A DNA stretch of 64,000 nucleotides, taken from the human T2T-CHM13v2.0 reference genome, Homo sapiens. The stretch lies in assembly GCF_009914755.1 (NCBI RefSeq), contig NC_060930.1; one strand, given 5' to 3'. Made by a program: the position numbers and the translations under genes. The notes beneath the pieces were generated by a model. The model ran no database searches. It saw nothing but the letters and a program-made list of their open reading frames with translations, and had not been told where the DNA came from. Positions 26,910 to 42,954 of the stretch are shown in pieces. Positions within the stretch are counted from its first letter, which is position 1. Every line of letters begins with the position of its first letter.

Positions 26910-27360
26910 TTGCTTTTATAATTTTCTATCTCTTTAAAGAATTGCCCTTTGTAATTGTTTTTAAGGCCATCTATTGGGAACAAATTCTCCTAGCTTTCTT
27001 TCTTCTGAGAATGTCTTGATTTCTCCTTTATTCTGGAAAGGGTTATTTTCACTGGATGTAAAATTCCAGATTGACAGTGCTTCTCTTTCAAGAACTGAAA
27101 ACTGTTATGCCACTTCCTTCTCATCTTTATGATTTCTGATGAGAAGTCTTCTGACATTCAAATCATTTCTCCCGTGTAGGCAAGGTGTTATTTCTTTCTC
27201 CCTAATTTCAATTTTTTTTCTCTTTTTGGCTTGATGTGGTTTTCTTTTAAATTATCCTGTTTGAGTTCTCTTACTTTCTTGAATCTCTAAGTTTATGTAT
27301 TTTGCCAAACTTGGTGATATTTTAGCTATTATTTATTTTGGCACATTTTTAACTGCATGG
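26910..27360 (-). mobile_element. Old L1M ORF1 3' region fragment
   Basis: caaattctcctagcttt...ctgagaatgtcttgatttctcc...gccacttccttct...tttctgatgagaagtc. Confidence 0.7.
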
Positions 27361-28928
27361 TCTTTCAAATGTTAGATTAGGGCATACGCTGTTCTCTATA
27401 TTACATGGGTCTTCAGTAACTCTAATAATGTACAATATGTCATATATAACAAATGTTAATCATAAAGAGCCTCAGAAACAACTGGTAATCCTGAAAGAAG
27501 GAAATAGAAATTATACATATTATACTTCCACTTCACCCCACATACGTTTTTACCCTTTTCTCTTGAAATACGTTACTTTCTCTCTGGGAATAAATATACC
27601 CGTAAGTATACACATAAAATTTATTAAAATAAACTCATATAGCAAACATTATGTTTTATGATTTGCCTTTCCTATTTAGCAATAGTAGGCTTTTAACTAC
27701 TTTCATAGTAAATGCCACAATTATGTTAAACTTTTTTTCTTTGTAAGTCACAAGACAGCATGACTGGTTGCATCTGAGTTAGCTCTACTGCTTATTTGCT
27801 CTGCAATCATCTTATCTCCTGCTTCAAGCCTGTCTAGGGAATTCACTTCAGATTTCTAAACCCCATTTTTTCCAGATTTCAAGCCCTGCCATTGCTCCCC
27901 ATAGTTAGCAGCTGATGAACAAATTTTCTTCCCAATATGCTGAGTATGCTTTTGACATCTGCTCTGCTGCTATGTTCTTGATAGAAGACTACAATGAAGG
28001 GCAAAGTTGTTTTTCTTTTCTTTTTTTCTGTAGTCCTACAGCACTGAACATGGAATAACAACATAAGGAAGGTGTCCTTTCTCATGGTACAGAACAACTT
28101 TCATTAATATTTGCCAATAGTTCTTACCAGGGCTGCCCTGAGCTTTCTAGGCTTAAAGGTCTAGAAAAGGGGTCGGGGCGGGGGTTATATAGCAAGTATC
28201 AATGCAAACAAGGTTGTAAAATGCCAGTTTCATTTCTTTAAGAATAATTTCAGGCTCTTTATATTTGTTATTTGTTTAAAATTTGTCTTTTAATTATGAT
28301 GACTTACATATTTTTAAACATTAGATTCCTTGATACTTTCTACTTCACACTACTTATTACCTTAGACCCAAGGTCACAGATCCTGGGCAAGTCATTTAGC
28401 TTCTTTGACCCATAACTTCTTTATCTTAAAAAAGAGAATAACAATAACGTCAATTTAAGAGAATACTGTAAGTTAAATACTATATATACCATTTTTAAAT
28501 GAGTGAAGCTTTACACAAGTGGAAGTTCTTACTAGTGGTAAGCTAGTTCCAGTTACTTTGTACACTAAATGAAATAAACTGTATGTGATTTACAGCTTTA
28601 TACAATTTAAATTCACTCCACTCTTAATTTTGAAGTAACCTTGCCATCAGAAAGAATTAATAAAATTAAATACATTTTTGGTAATACAGTTATATGAGTT
28701 TCTCTACCATTTCTTTTTATTTTACTTTATTTTATTTATATTTTTTAGAGACACAGCATCATGAAAATTACTTTATATATAAAATCAAGAGGCTATTAAG
28801 TACATCAGAACATAAGGATAGTGCTCTATGGAAACAAATGCATAATATAGCACCACAGATAATAATACTATTCTAATTACAAATGTAAGTCACTGAGTTG
28901 ATTGCTACAAAATTAGTTTGGGTCTTGG

Positions 28929-29620
28929 GATATATATATATATATATAAAATATATATTAAATATATACATTATATATAATATATAATATATATTTTATT
29001 TATATAATGTATATAATATATATTATATATATTTTATTTATATAATATATATTATATATAGTATATATTTTATATAAAAATATATTTATATTTATATTTA
29101 TATTTATATATTATATATATTATATATATATATTATATATATATAAGATATATAATATATATAATATATCAGATATATATTATATATAATATATATAAGA
29201 TATATATTATATATTATATAAGATATATATTATATACTATATATAAGATATATAATATAATATATACAAGATATATATTATATTATATATCTTATATATA
29301 TTTTTAATTTATTATATATTGTATATATTTTATATATTAAAATATATATAAAATATATATTTTATTATATATATTTATATTATATATATTTTATATATAA
29401 TATAAATATATATTTATATATTATATATAATATATATAATATATAATACTTCAATCAAGAAGTATTATATATTATATATCTATATATTATATATAATAAA
29501 TATATATTATATATAATATATATTATATATAAAGTATATATAAATATAAATATATATAAATATATAAATATATATCATATATATTATATATACATAGAAT
29601 ATATATATATTCTATGTATG
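28929..29620. repeat. (TA)n-rich low-complexity tract
   Basis: About 690 bp of TA-rich sequence with tataagatatata subrepeats. Confidence 0.97.
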
Positions 29621-29769
29621 CTTCTGTTTAAGGATGAAAAAAGTGGACAAGTTAGTCTTAGCTTGATTCTGAGAATTAAGAATAAGTTTTACTATATATA
29701 TATGAGATAGTTTGCATTTTATATTGTTATACCATAAATGTAACTAGATCTATGTTTTAGAGGTCACAC

Positions 29770-31119
<1,350 letters not shown>

Positions 31120-31369
31120 TGAGTATATCATAGGAAAATTAAGTCAGGAACACGTCCAAAACAGCTTAGTAACTGAGGAAGAAGCAAAGTAATGGCCATA
31201 CATCAAAATGGCCCTCTTTATACATTTGCTTTCGATGGTTTCTTATACAGAACTGTGGGAAGGTGTGTCTGTTTAAATCTGCAAATTCCTTGGGAGAGTA
31301 CAATTTTCCTGGTACCTCAAATGCTGCTTCTCATTTAGGTGCCCCAGTCCTTAAAAAAAATGATGATTT

Positions 31370-31539
31370 TCCTTCCCAAAAGACATTTGTAAATATCTGG
31401 ATACATTTTGAGTTTTTATTTAGGATATAGTGAGTAGAGTGTAGGGATGTTGCTAAATGTTCTGCAATGCTCTAGACAGCCCCATAATGAAGAATATTTC
31501 AGCTCAAGATGTCCATAGTGCTGAGGTTGAGAAACCCTG
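31370..31539. mobile_element. MER20 hAT DNA transposon fragment
   Basis: gacatttgtaaatatctggatacatttt...gggatgttgctaaatgttctgcaatgc...atagtgctgaggttgagaaaccctg. Confidence 0.85.
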
Positions 31540-31889
31540 AACTAGTAGAATCCCTAGATTTATGGTAGATTCTGAATTAGAATTAATGGGGCCTATTCCT
31601 CCAGTGCTAGTGCCATCAACTCACTAGCTAGTGCTAGTGGGGCCTAGTGCAGTGCTAGGCCATCAACTCAAAACTGAGAGAGACAGTAAAAAGAGAGGCA
31701 GAGGATCCCTCCTCACCTTTGTTGTTCTGCTAAAGTCCTAACACAAGTGAGCCGATTAGGACTTTACCCATTTTGCCATATTGTCATCTCTCTATCATCC
31801 TGGCTGTTTCCCATAATCAATCAAGAAGTAGCATTCTTACCATCTTGCCTTCTGGGTTGAATGTAGTCATTGCTCATTTTATTTTACAT

Positions 31890-32125
31890 ATTGATTGATT
31901 GATTGATTTAGGCAAGGTCTTGCTCTGTCACCCAGGCTGGAGTACAGTGGTGCAATCATAGCTCAGTTCAGCTTTGAACTCCTGGGCTCAAGCAATCCTC
32001 CCAACTCAGCCTCCCAAAGCAACTGGGACTACAGGGGTGCACCACTATACCTAGCTAATTTATTTTATTGTATTTTTTTTTTGTAGAGATGCAGTCTTGC
32101 TATGTTGCCCAGGCTGATCTCTAAC
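31890..32125 (-). mobile_element. AluJ, 5'-truncated, (ttga)n tail
   Basis: aaggtcttgctctgtcacccaggctgg...ttgctatgttgcccaggctg; tgctcatttta occurs on both flanks. Confidence 0.92.
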
Positions 32126-33439
32126 TGCTCATTTTACATGTTTGATTATTTTTTAGAAACAAATGTAAACAGGCTAGAATAACTTCAGAGTTAGGGTTAG
32201 GGAAAAGTCTTGCTAATATTAAATATTAAGTACTGACCTACCAAAGTTAGATTTCAGACACTATATTTTTCTGGTCTTTTTTAACATTCTTTCATTCCTT
32301 GCTGACTTCATAAATCTGCTTATAAAGCAGTCTTCTTTACTACAATGATGTTTATGCTCATATTCTACTACTTGCATTGTCAAATACAAATTATTTTTAA
32401 ATAATCACTATTGGTGGTATATAGGATCCTCCTCCCTGCATTTCTATCAGCTTTGGAATTCTGTTATTATTTGCCATCATCTTTCTAATGAGGGATTATC
32501 TCAGGCTGTTAGTCTTTAGATTGTGAGGTTTATTTCAGTCTTGATGTGGTCATTTGACATATTTGTCATTTCCCTCAATTATGAAAAAATATTTTGATTG
32601 GCTGACTTCCTGACCACAACTGACAAACTAAGGAAATATAGCATTATAATTAAGGAAAAACTCGAAACCCAGAAATTTCTTAAAGAAAAACAAATTTAGC
32701 AGCCATTTTGACTTCTTTTTAGAAGACAGCCTCTAAGTTACACCAATCTTCACAACGACTGAAGTGTTCTGCCAGATTCACTTCCTCTACAACTAGCTAC
32801 AGAGTGGATCTTGTCCATGTTTAATCATTCTTCCTGTTAAAAACTGCCTCTATTTCAGATTTTTCAGTTGGATGATTTAAAATTCAAAGCTCAACGTCAG
32901 AACCTGCAATTTACATATGCTGTTTCCATATAACAAAGAATGATTTGAGCCTCGGGTTAGATGAAAGTCATTAGGAATGGAAAACTTTTATTCTTTTGCT
33001 GAAAAAAAAAAGTATATTAACATAGCAGATATTGAACAGTGAATTAGAAAATATTATTGAAACACCTTTAAAAATAAATATTGGGCTACAATTTAACAAT
33101 TTTTAAATATTACATTTTGATTTTACCACTATATTATCACCAGATAAGGAGAAACCTTTTTATTGCATGCTAAATGTGAACTTGGCAGGTTTCTTTCAAA
33201 ATAAAGAGAGAGTTTTAGGATTTTTATCCCAGCTTTGTGTCAAGAGATCTCCCTGGTTCTTTGCTTACAGTTTCTAGTTTTCCCGAGCTTTATGTAACTT
33301 TTAAGATCCTTTGTCAATTCTCATCCTAAATCATTTCTTTATCGGCATCATTCAATATTGTTAACTACTTATTTTTGTAAGAGTCTTTTTCATTAGCTTC
33401 TATGTTCTGACACTCATGATTTTCCTTTTATGTTTCCAT

Positions 33440-33945
33440 TTTCTTTCATTGTTTTAGGTTCACCCTTCTCTTCTAAGACATTAATTATACAGACATCCAA
33501 GGTTGAGTTCTAGGGCCTCTTATTTTTCCAGAGTATTCTCCTTGGGCATTCTCATTCACACCCATAACCCCAACCTGCATGATTTCCAAATATGTATTTC
33601 TAGCTTAGGACTCCCATTTGAACTCCATATCTAGGTTGATGTTTTCTCCCATATACTCAAAGGCATCTCCAACTCTGAATGTTCTAAACAGGACCTATAA
33701 TTGTTTTTTCACAGCCTCACCATCTTCTCTCTTTTGCTATTTCAGTAAATGGCACACTGATTTCTCTAGTTCCACAGCCTCAAAAATAGAGTAATCAAGT
33801 GGTTTTATGCTACCCATTTTTCATATCAAACTTATAACACCTGTCTTGTCAGTATTATCTCCTAATTGTCTCTTAATCTGTTTACTCTTCCCCATCTCCA
33901 TCACTACTTCCAAATTCCAAGCCATCATCATCTTTCCCATGAACC
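33440..33945 (+). mobile_element. L2 fragment
   Basis: ggcatctccaactctgaatgttctaaac...tcagtaaatggcac...ccaagccatcatcatct, typical L2 motifs. Confidence 0.6.
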
Positions 33946-35209
33946 ACTGAAAAAGAAGGAAGGAACTGCAGGCCTGACAATCTTTGTTGTGTGGCTTCCT
34001 CTCACCTGTTTACCTCCCTCAGTGCCATCTCTCCCTTGCAACTCGTCCACCTTCACGAAGAAAAATTTATAGTTGCTCAATGGAAGATAAAATATCTATG
34101 TATATTTTTATATACATCTTACTTGCACTAAGTTATACTTGTACAATAGTTCAAGAAACCTGGAAATCACTGTAAAATCTGATAATTTTCTTTTTTCTTC
34201 ATGCTTTAGCTGTTAAAAAAATGAACACAGCAATGAAATTAAGTGACATAATTTAGTTCAATATAAAATAATAATCTATATGTAGTATATGTTGTCTATT
34301 AAATTAATAGGTAACAGCCACTTATTCCAATATTTATACTTTATTCAACATAACATAATTTTCATAGGATTAATGTTTCAATATTTTTCAGGTTTCTTTT
34401 TATAAAAACTCAATCTACGAAGGCATGCATACAAATTACGTCAAATGTGACATTTGATAAATCAACATATCTCTCCTTTCCTCCATTTCTTTATTTTCAA
34501 AATAAGAAATGTGATGATTTATGAGATCAGTTTAGCTCCTGCAATTAATTTTAGAATTAATTGCAATTTAGGATTCATCTGATATGGAGGGGAAGAAATA
34601 GGACAAAAGGGTTCTTCCTGAGCTTAGCAATTATTGAGAAAGATGGTTAATATGCATCTTTTAATGGCAGAGACATAGAACCAATTGTGATTGCAAATTT
34701 TCCAAGAAGTCTTGCAATTAAATAGCGCATTTAATTTTGTTTAAGTCAGTGCACTTTCTGAAAGTATTTGCTCTGATGACCTCATTTTATGTACCACAAT
34801 ACACATTATATAACATGATGTATTACATAATACATTTTATATAACACATACCACTAGTTGGGAAATGACAGCTTTATGTTAGGATTACAGCTCTTTGCTC
34901 TTTAAATAGTTGAATTATATAAATGTCTTCACATTTTTATAAGCCTAGTTGTTTCAACAAGTCTAACCTGTGTCTGTGGGGCCAAATGAAAGCAATTTCA
35001 CAGCATGGCCATCTGTTACAAATTCTTGGTATAAAAATTTTCATTAATCTAACTCAGAAGCATTTCCCTTACAGCAAATTAACAGACTGGAAATTCATGG
35101 TGAATAAATTCAGGGTCATTCTACTTCACAGAACAGCTTTCTTTCCAGGGATATTGGGGTCAGTGGGGGCAAGATTCTCTACTGTCTCTTAGTCATCTCT
35201 ACCCAAACT

Positions 35210-35578
35210 CCTGCAATGAGATATCTGGAGGCCAAAGACTTATATCATTAGTAATGTTGCTTGCAGTTGCGAATAATACGGATCCCCAAATAGGTATAAA
35301 TACAGTTTTGATCCCTAAATTTGGCTTCTGCACAGTTCAGGGATTAGTGCTGAATTAAACCACCAACCCCCAGGCCCCAGAAGAGAAAAACTATATTTTT
35401 CCTGCAATTAAATATCTGGAGGCCAAAGAATCAAATCATTAGTGCTGTTGCTTGCAGTTACAAATATTCCTGATCCCCAAATAAGTATCAAAACAATTTT
35501 GATCCCTAAATTCTGCTTCCGCACAGTTCAGAGCCTAGTACTGAATTAAAACCCTCCAGAAAAGAAAAACTATGTTTT
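35210..35578. repeat. Two-copy diverged tandem duplication, period 191 bp
   Basis: cctgcaat..atatctggaggccaaaga...tgttgcttgcagtt...gatccccaaata...ttttgatccctaaatt...gcacagttcag...gaaaaactat begins at both 35210 and 35401. Confidence 0.95.
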
Positions 35579-36484
35579 ATGTTTCATAGAGGGAATAATT
35601 CCTCAAAGTGTACTGGGTGTTTTCTTCTCTATAACTTGGATTTTAGGGTAATATAAAAAATAAAATATATAATGGTATTTTTATTTAAACTACATTTGAG
35701 TTTTGTGTAGCTGTATTTATTGACATACTTTAGTTGCAGAGTATAATTTTCAAAGTACAACATTTTAAGTCAATGCTGCCAATACATCCTAATAAATTTT
35801 ATTTTCCAGAACTGTAATTGCATGTTTTGTTTCTCAAAGGAAAAAAGAACAGTGTCAGCCTTCAGAATTTTGTGGCAGCCACTAATTAATTTTCCTGTCA
35901 GTAATGTTGGCCCCTCTGGTGCCATCACTAACACAAACATAGTCACATTTCCAAAGCATTCACATCTTGTTTTTTCTTTACTTTTCATATTAGGTGATTA
36001 TATTGGGGGGGAGGGGGTTATTTAATATGTATACATTAAGCTGGCTAACGCTGGCTGAAAACCTCTTGATAAGCTTATTGGAAGTAAATTTTGTAAGTAA
36101 AGGGATCTAATGCAAGGGGGGGTGGTAGCTTCGTTCATTTAGGAGAGAATATCAGAAATGATGATGAAAATATTTGATTTTTTTACAATTTAGGAAGCCA
36201 AGATCTAAAAAGTTGAAGGTATTAGATTGCAAATTTCTGTAAAAGACTATGAGATACTCAAATGTTTTGTTGTATCCCCATTTTATATCACAATGTCTAA
36301 TATTTTCTAGGTGCTCAATAAGCATGTGTTGATTAGCTGAATGGATGACTGAATGAATGGCTATATATTATGTGGGAAGATTTACCACCCTTTGATATTT
36401 TTTGAAATACCTTCAAGGAAATTATAAAGAAGCAACAGAGGAATCCAGGACTGAAAATTAAAAATGGATATCATGGTCCAAACC

Positions 36485-36846
36485 TGATATAGTTTGACTC
36501 TGTGTCCCCACCCAAATCTCATTGTGTAGTTCCAACAATTACCATGCGCTGTGGAAAGGGCCCAGTGGGAGATGACTGAATCATGGGGGCAGGTATTTCC
36601 CGTGCTATTCCTGTGATAGTGAATGGGTCTCAGAACTGACAGCTTTAAAAATGGGAATTTCTCTGCATGAGCTCTCTCTTTGCCTGCAGCCATCCACGTA
36701 AGAGATGACTTACTCCTTCTTGCCTTCTCAAATGATTGTGAGCACTCCCCAGCCATGCAGAACTGTAAGTCCAATAAACCTCTTTCTTTTGTAAATTGTC
36801 CAGTCTTGGGTGTGTCTTTATCATTAGTGTGAAAATGGACTAATCC
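36485..36846 (+). mobile_element. THE1 (A/B-like) solo LTR
   Basis: tgatatagtttgactctgtgtccccacccaaatctcat...ccaataaacctctttc...gtgaaaatggactaat. Confidence 0.93.
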
Positions 36847-37487
36847 TGAAGTTAAAATTCTAAAGCCCAAGCGTTCAATTTAAAAACTTGAAATCACTAT
36901 GGAACATCAAGAAAGGACAGTTAGGGTCAGAATCAATATTTTTGTGGATGCAAGCTTCTATCTCTTTCATCATGCCTCTTTCATTAATCGCTGCAAATAA
37001 AGAAAATCAAACTCCTTCCTATTAACCAAGATGATTTAATATCAGCATCACTCATATTGTTTCTTTTCTATATTAGCTTTATAGATTTAATAACTATAAT
37101 CACATATTCTTCTCTCATTAATTTTTATCTGCCAATCTTCTAGTGAATTTCAGAACCCCAAAATCATGATTTTTAGGTTTCAGTCTCATAAACACTTCAA
37201 ATATCCTTAGTGCACATATTCTCCCAGTATGTAATAATTGTATTTAATTGAATTACCAATCTAGAAACAGATTTGAAAGCTGAGGAAAACTCAGATGTGA
37301 AAGTATTTGCAAAACATAAAGAAATTCTCAAGTGACTAATATTATCATCAATGGTCAAACCTTTTTCCAAGAAAATATCATTAATAGGCAATATTTTTCC
37401 TGTAAAACATTTAAAAAGAGAAAACGGTACCCCTAATGCACCTAACATAAATTAAAAGAAGCAGTGTAAATCAAAACACAGGGACAT

Positions 37488-37776
37488 TGCTATCGTTTAC
37501 ATGTCCCCTCCTAAACATATGTTGAAGTTTAATTGCCATGGTAACAAGCTAGTTCTTATGCTAGGTGTGAAACAGCCAGAGGATCCTATTGTTTCAACAT
37601 TGGCCAGAGTGTCTGTCTTAGCCCGTTTTCTGCTGCTGTAAAAGAATACCTCCGACTGGGTAATAAATTAAAAAAAAAAAAACAGAAGTTTATTTGGTTC
37701 ATGTTTCTAGAGACTGAGAAGTCTACGAGCAAGATGCTGGCACCTGGCAACGGTCATCCCATGGTGGAAGGCATCG
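37488..37776. mobile_element. MST (MSTC/D-like) LTR, rearranged: 5' end on plus (37488-37546), 3' end on minus (37614-37776)
   Basis: tgctatcgtttacatgtcccctcctaaacatatgttgaagtttaattgcca is the LTR start. tgtcttagcccgttttctgctgctgtaaaagaatacc is the reverse complement of the LTR end. Confidence 0.8.
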
Positions 37777-39512
37777 CTATCTTGTGGAAACTGATAAAAT
37801 CCACTTGGGAACACTTGAGGGGCAAGTAGGGTGTTCTGCCCTCAGGGACTCCACTGTCCACACTTACATCTTGCATGAGTGTAGCCTAATTGGTATGCAG
37901 CTTAATAATCATAACAAATTGTACTATTTTATTGATAAGGTAAATCAAAAAACAACAAAATGTAAGAATTTAACTGTAATAGAAAGGCTAAATCTCATGA
38001 AAGCATACAGAAAATCACTTTCAAATATAGAAAAATCATAATTAAAATTAAAGATTAAAAATTAAGTAAAGGACAAGCAAAATCTTGAAATAAACAGAAG
38101 TTGTAGAGATGAGATTAAAAGATCACGTCAGAAGAATTTGTGCTGAGCAAAACAAAACAAAACATGTTTGGAATTGAATTGATTTAAAGATAAATAAATA
38201 AGCTAGTCAACTAGATTAAGAATGGGACATATAACTACAGTTTAAAGAGGTGAGACGTGGTTTTTTACTCTTTGTTTCCCTTAGGAAGTCAATATATGAA
38301 GTAAAATTAAAAATATTATATTAAATCCAAGTGTGTCTAAATGATTTCTCTATCCAAAAACATATATTAACTGGAAAATCTTAGAGAAAGAGGTTAAATG
38401 AATAAATGAATAAAAGAATACATATATGTTCTTGCGGCCAGAGGGGTTAGGTGGAAAATCAAGTTTCTACTCAGCCACGCTAAAACCACAAGGAGTAAGA
38501 TGTACTTTTACCATAAGTGTTTGTCTGGAATAGGGCAGGTGTTGTAAAAAACATTTTCTATTTTTGGCTATCCTGGTCCTGACTCTTTGGCTAGGAGAAA
38601 CAAGCATTTCCTTGGAGATTTTTTTTCTATATCTCTTGGTAGTTCCCACTTAGAGGCTTTTATGATGCCCTGTCTAGGTTATGTGGGGAATTAAAACCAG
38701 AGAACTCACTTCCATGGCAATCTTTCAGTCTCAAGTTCCCCAGGCTGCCTCACTTTCCACCTTTCAGAGTCTTTCTCTGTTTTTTGCTGTGCTATGTCCA
38801 GGCTTATTTAGTCTTAAGAGGGAAAAACTGGGAGGAATTGGGCTACTCCCACGTGAAGAAACTAGATGATAGTATCAATCTTTTAAAATCTTTAAATTTT
38901 ATGAAAGAACTCTTACAATGGGAAGTAGATTTGTAATATAAAATATAGAACCAAAACTTATAGGTGAAATGTATATAATAAGACAGCAAGAAGTCTTATT
39001 AAATAAGGACCATGACAAACTGAAAAATGTATACATGCCTAAGGGCATTTAGATTCCGAACTGTGAAACCACCAGGCTAGTCAAATGAAATCCAATCTGG
39101 CCTCAGAATCCTACGTTTGAATTCTAAGAGAATGTGTAGTTCTTAGGCTCACTTTCTCTTTTCTTCTCCTCCTTCAATTATACCTTGATTTTATCATCAA
39201 AGATGAACTTCCTCAACTTCCCATTTCCTTTTTGCCCCAAGAATAATCGCCAGTGGTGCTTGCAGCTGCAGCGTACACCTTGAGAAAACTCATAGATTTC
39301 AGTCCTAACCTTACCTTCAAAGTTTGCTTTTATTATTACTTTATTATTATTTTAGCATCACTCTAGTATATCCACTTTGGAAACAAAAGACATCATTCTA
39401 TTTATAGCGTTCTGTTTTTAGTAATGGTATTTCCATTTACAAAATACAGTAAATCTTGATCACTGAAAACATCACGTCCCAGAAAAAGTAACATTCCTAC
39501 GCATGATGTTAA

Positions 39513-40477
<965 letters not shown>

Positions 40478-41199
40478 ATACTGATTATCATATACATTTC
40501 TGTTACATTAAGGTTAGAGACAAGTTCTGTTTAGGAATAACTCCAAAAACAGTTTTTCTAATGTATTTTCATATTGAAAATCAGTCAGATGTGCTTCAGT
40601 CTCAAGAGCATGTTTTTGTAATATTAAATGAACGCTGGCAACAAGCTGCACTTTTTTTTCTAAACAAAAAAATGGGTGAAAGTTTGAGAAGTAGAAGGTA
40701 AATTCACGCTCTGAAGGGTTAAGTTTTTGTGCCATAATATTGGAGACTGAGATGTAGTCAGAGTCAGAACAACAGAAGAGAAAACAATGGCAAAAATATT
40801 TAATATGGGTTTTCTTTATTTTCATGCATAATATATTAATTTGGTATCTTAAATAGGAAAGCGTATTTTTATTTTTTAAGTGAACTAGAATATAGCTTCT
40901 TCCCAGATTCCTACAAACTTTTAGTAGTTTTCCACAAGAAAGAAAAAAAAGTAAACTTTTTCTTTTACTTGCAAATTTCTTGCAAATATTTTCGTAAGTA
41001 AACTACAAGCTAATGTTTGCCTTATGAGTTAAATAAATTTGTAAATTTGAATTTTGTTCTAAAATTTTAGTTCATGTAAAAAGAAAATCTTATTTCTACA
41101 GAAATATTCTCCTGGCCTGAAAATTTTCTCTTTAATCCCTTGCAAATATAATTAGTATAGTAAGTAATAATAGATCTCATGTATCTGAGTCTAAAAAGG

Positions 41200-41666
41200 T
41201 AAACTGGCCTAATTACTAATGCATCTAACATTTCCACCTTGATCTCTGCCCATGAAGCTGTCAAGTGTGGATTTCATCATCAGGCTCCTTTGCCTTCTTT
41301 TTTTTAGGGTCAATGAGAGGCACTGGCAAAAGTCAAAGGTCAGAAGAAGAGTAGAGTTGGGGTATTAACTTCTCCAGCATCTTCCCTGCTAAGACACAAA
41401 TTGTGATTGTATTCCCTTAGCCAAAACTAGAACTCCTATTGGTGACTTTCTTATGGATTTCTTTCTTATCTTTGTCTTTTGGGGATTGAGCTCCTTCACC
41501 CAATTCCCACAGGCATGGAGGTGTTAACTCCCTCTCTTGCTATCGGGGATGCTTTTTTTTTAATCCCTTTAATTTTGTTTTTTTAACCCGACTAAAACCT
41601 TTATTAACTTTTAATTACTCCATTTGAGTGTGTCATTTGTTTTCTGAAAGACTCTTGTCTGATACA
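41200..41666 (+). mobile_element. LTR33-like ERVL LTR, diverged
   Basis: caggctcctttgcc...caatgagaggcactggca...agagttggggtatt...tttgagtgtgtcatttgttttctg...ctgataca. Confidence 0.6.
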
Positions 41667-42954
41667 ATTACATTCCTTAAATATCTTCTTTGTCAGGGCT
41701 GTTTTACACTTCACACAATGAAGACTATCTCAATTTAGCTACTAACAAACATATTATTAATAGGTTAACAAGCATTTTGTTATAATTGTTATCAATTAAA
41801 CTCTAGGAAAAATTATAAAGTAAGCAGAATTGGATTGGAGTGTCATCTGTGAAGTCAGCATGAGTTTTGAAGTCAGAGAAGTCTGTGTTTTAATTACATC
41901 TTCAGCATGTATTAGCTAAAGAAAGTACAAATGGCTAAATAATGAATGATTAATGTAACCTAGATTGAAACTTGGTTTCCTAGTCTTTAAAATGGTAAGA
42001 ATAATACTCACTATACTGGGTTGTCATGTTGACTTCACCTGACACAATACCAGCATATTGTGTCCAAGTAAAGCAATTACCAAGTAAAGGAATTATTTTA
42101 CCCAGTAAACGAATTACCTTCCTCATCTTCCCTTTTTTATGAATAATCAGAGATTATTCCATTATTCTGTGTATCTAGGTATATTCTCCCTCCTGTCTCC
42201 CTGTTTCCTGAGCAGCCCTGCTGAATGGATGGCTTCTTGAAAATGGATAGAATTATTATTTTGCATTAGTTTAGAAAAAAAAACACACTTTTAGCATGCT
42301 CATATTTTTCCTTGGGCTTGCGTCTAATAATAAAAAGGTGTGATTCATTCTTGATTCATTCTCTACATATCTTTTATTTGTTCATCAAATGCAGGAAGGA
42401 AAATTGCTTAATTGGGCATAGGGTCTTAGTGTCTTCTATGAAATTAAAGACTAGAATAGATAGATGATCTATCAGAACCCTTAAAATTCTAAGATCCCAT
42501 GAAATATTTATTTTTAAATGGTGCTAAAATCAACCATTGACATCACATAAAATGGATTTCTATTCTTTTCCCAGCCATGACTATCAGGTGATCATCTCCA
42601 GCCTGTTGGTGTACCAAAGCTCCCCAGTGAGTGTGCTTTCTAGTGTACTGTGTGTACTGTGGGTGGGTGAGTCAACCCCTGTGCTGAGATATTGACTCCA
42701 TTAGCCCTTCAAAGTTTACAGGGCTGATGATGTGTGCTATAAATCTCTTCTATGTACCCCAATGTGACCTATATTATCACAGGATATTTTGTTGATGGTG
42801 ATGGTGATTAGTATTAAAAATCCACCAGGAAAATTTCTATTTTCTACCTGGTGAGTTTAGTAGAATGATATTATTAGTAGTATTACCATATTGGGACCAT
42901 GCCTACCATCTTATAACTGTATTTTTGTCATACTTTATGTTATTTTTTAAAATT

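Noticed and set aside
35210-35578. CRISPR-like or satellite array
   Set aside because: There are only two diverged units with no repeat-spacer pattern, and the context is mammalian.
36382-36870. 162-aa minus-strand ORF
   Set aside because: It is an antisense reading of a THE1 LTR with a non-ATG start and no protein similarity.
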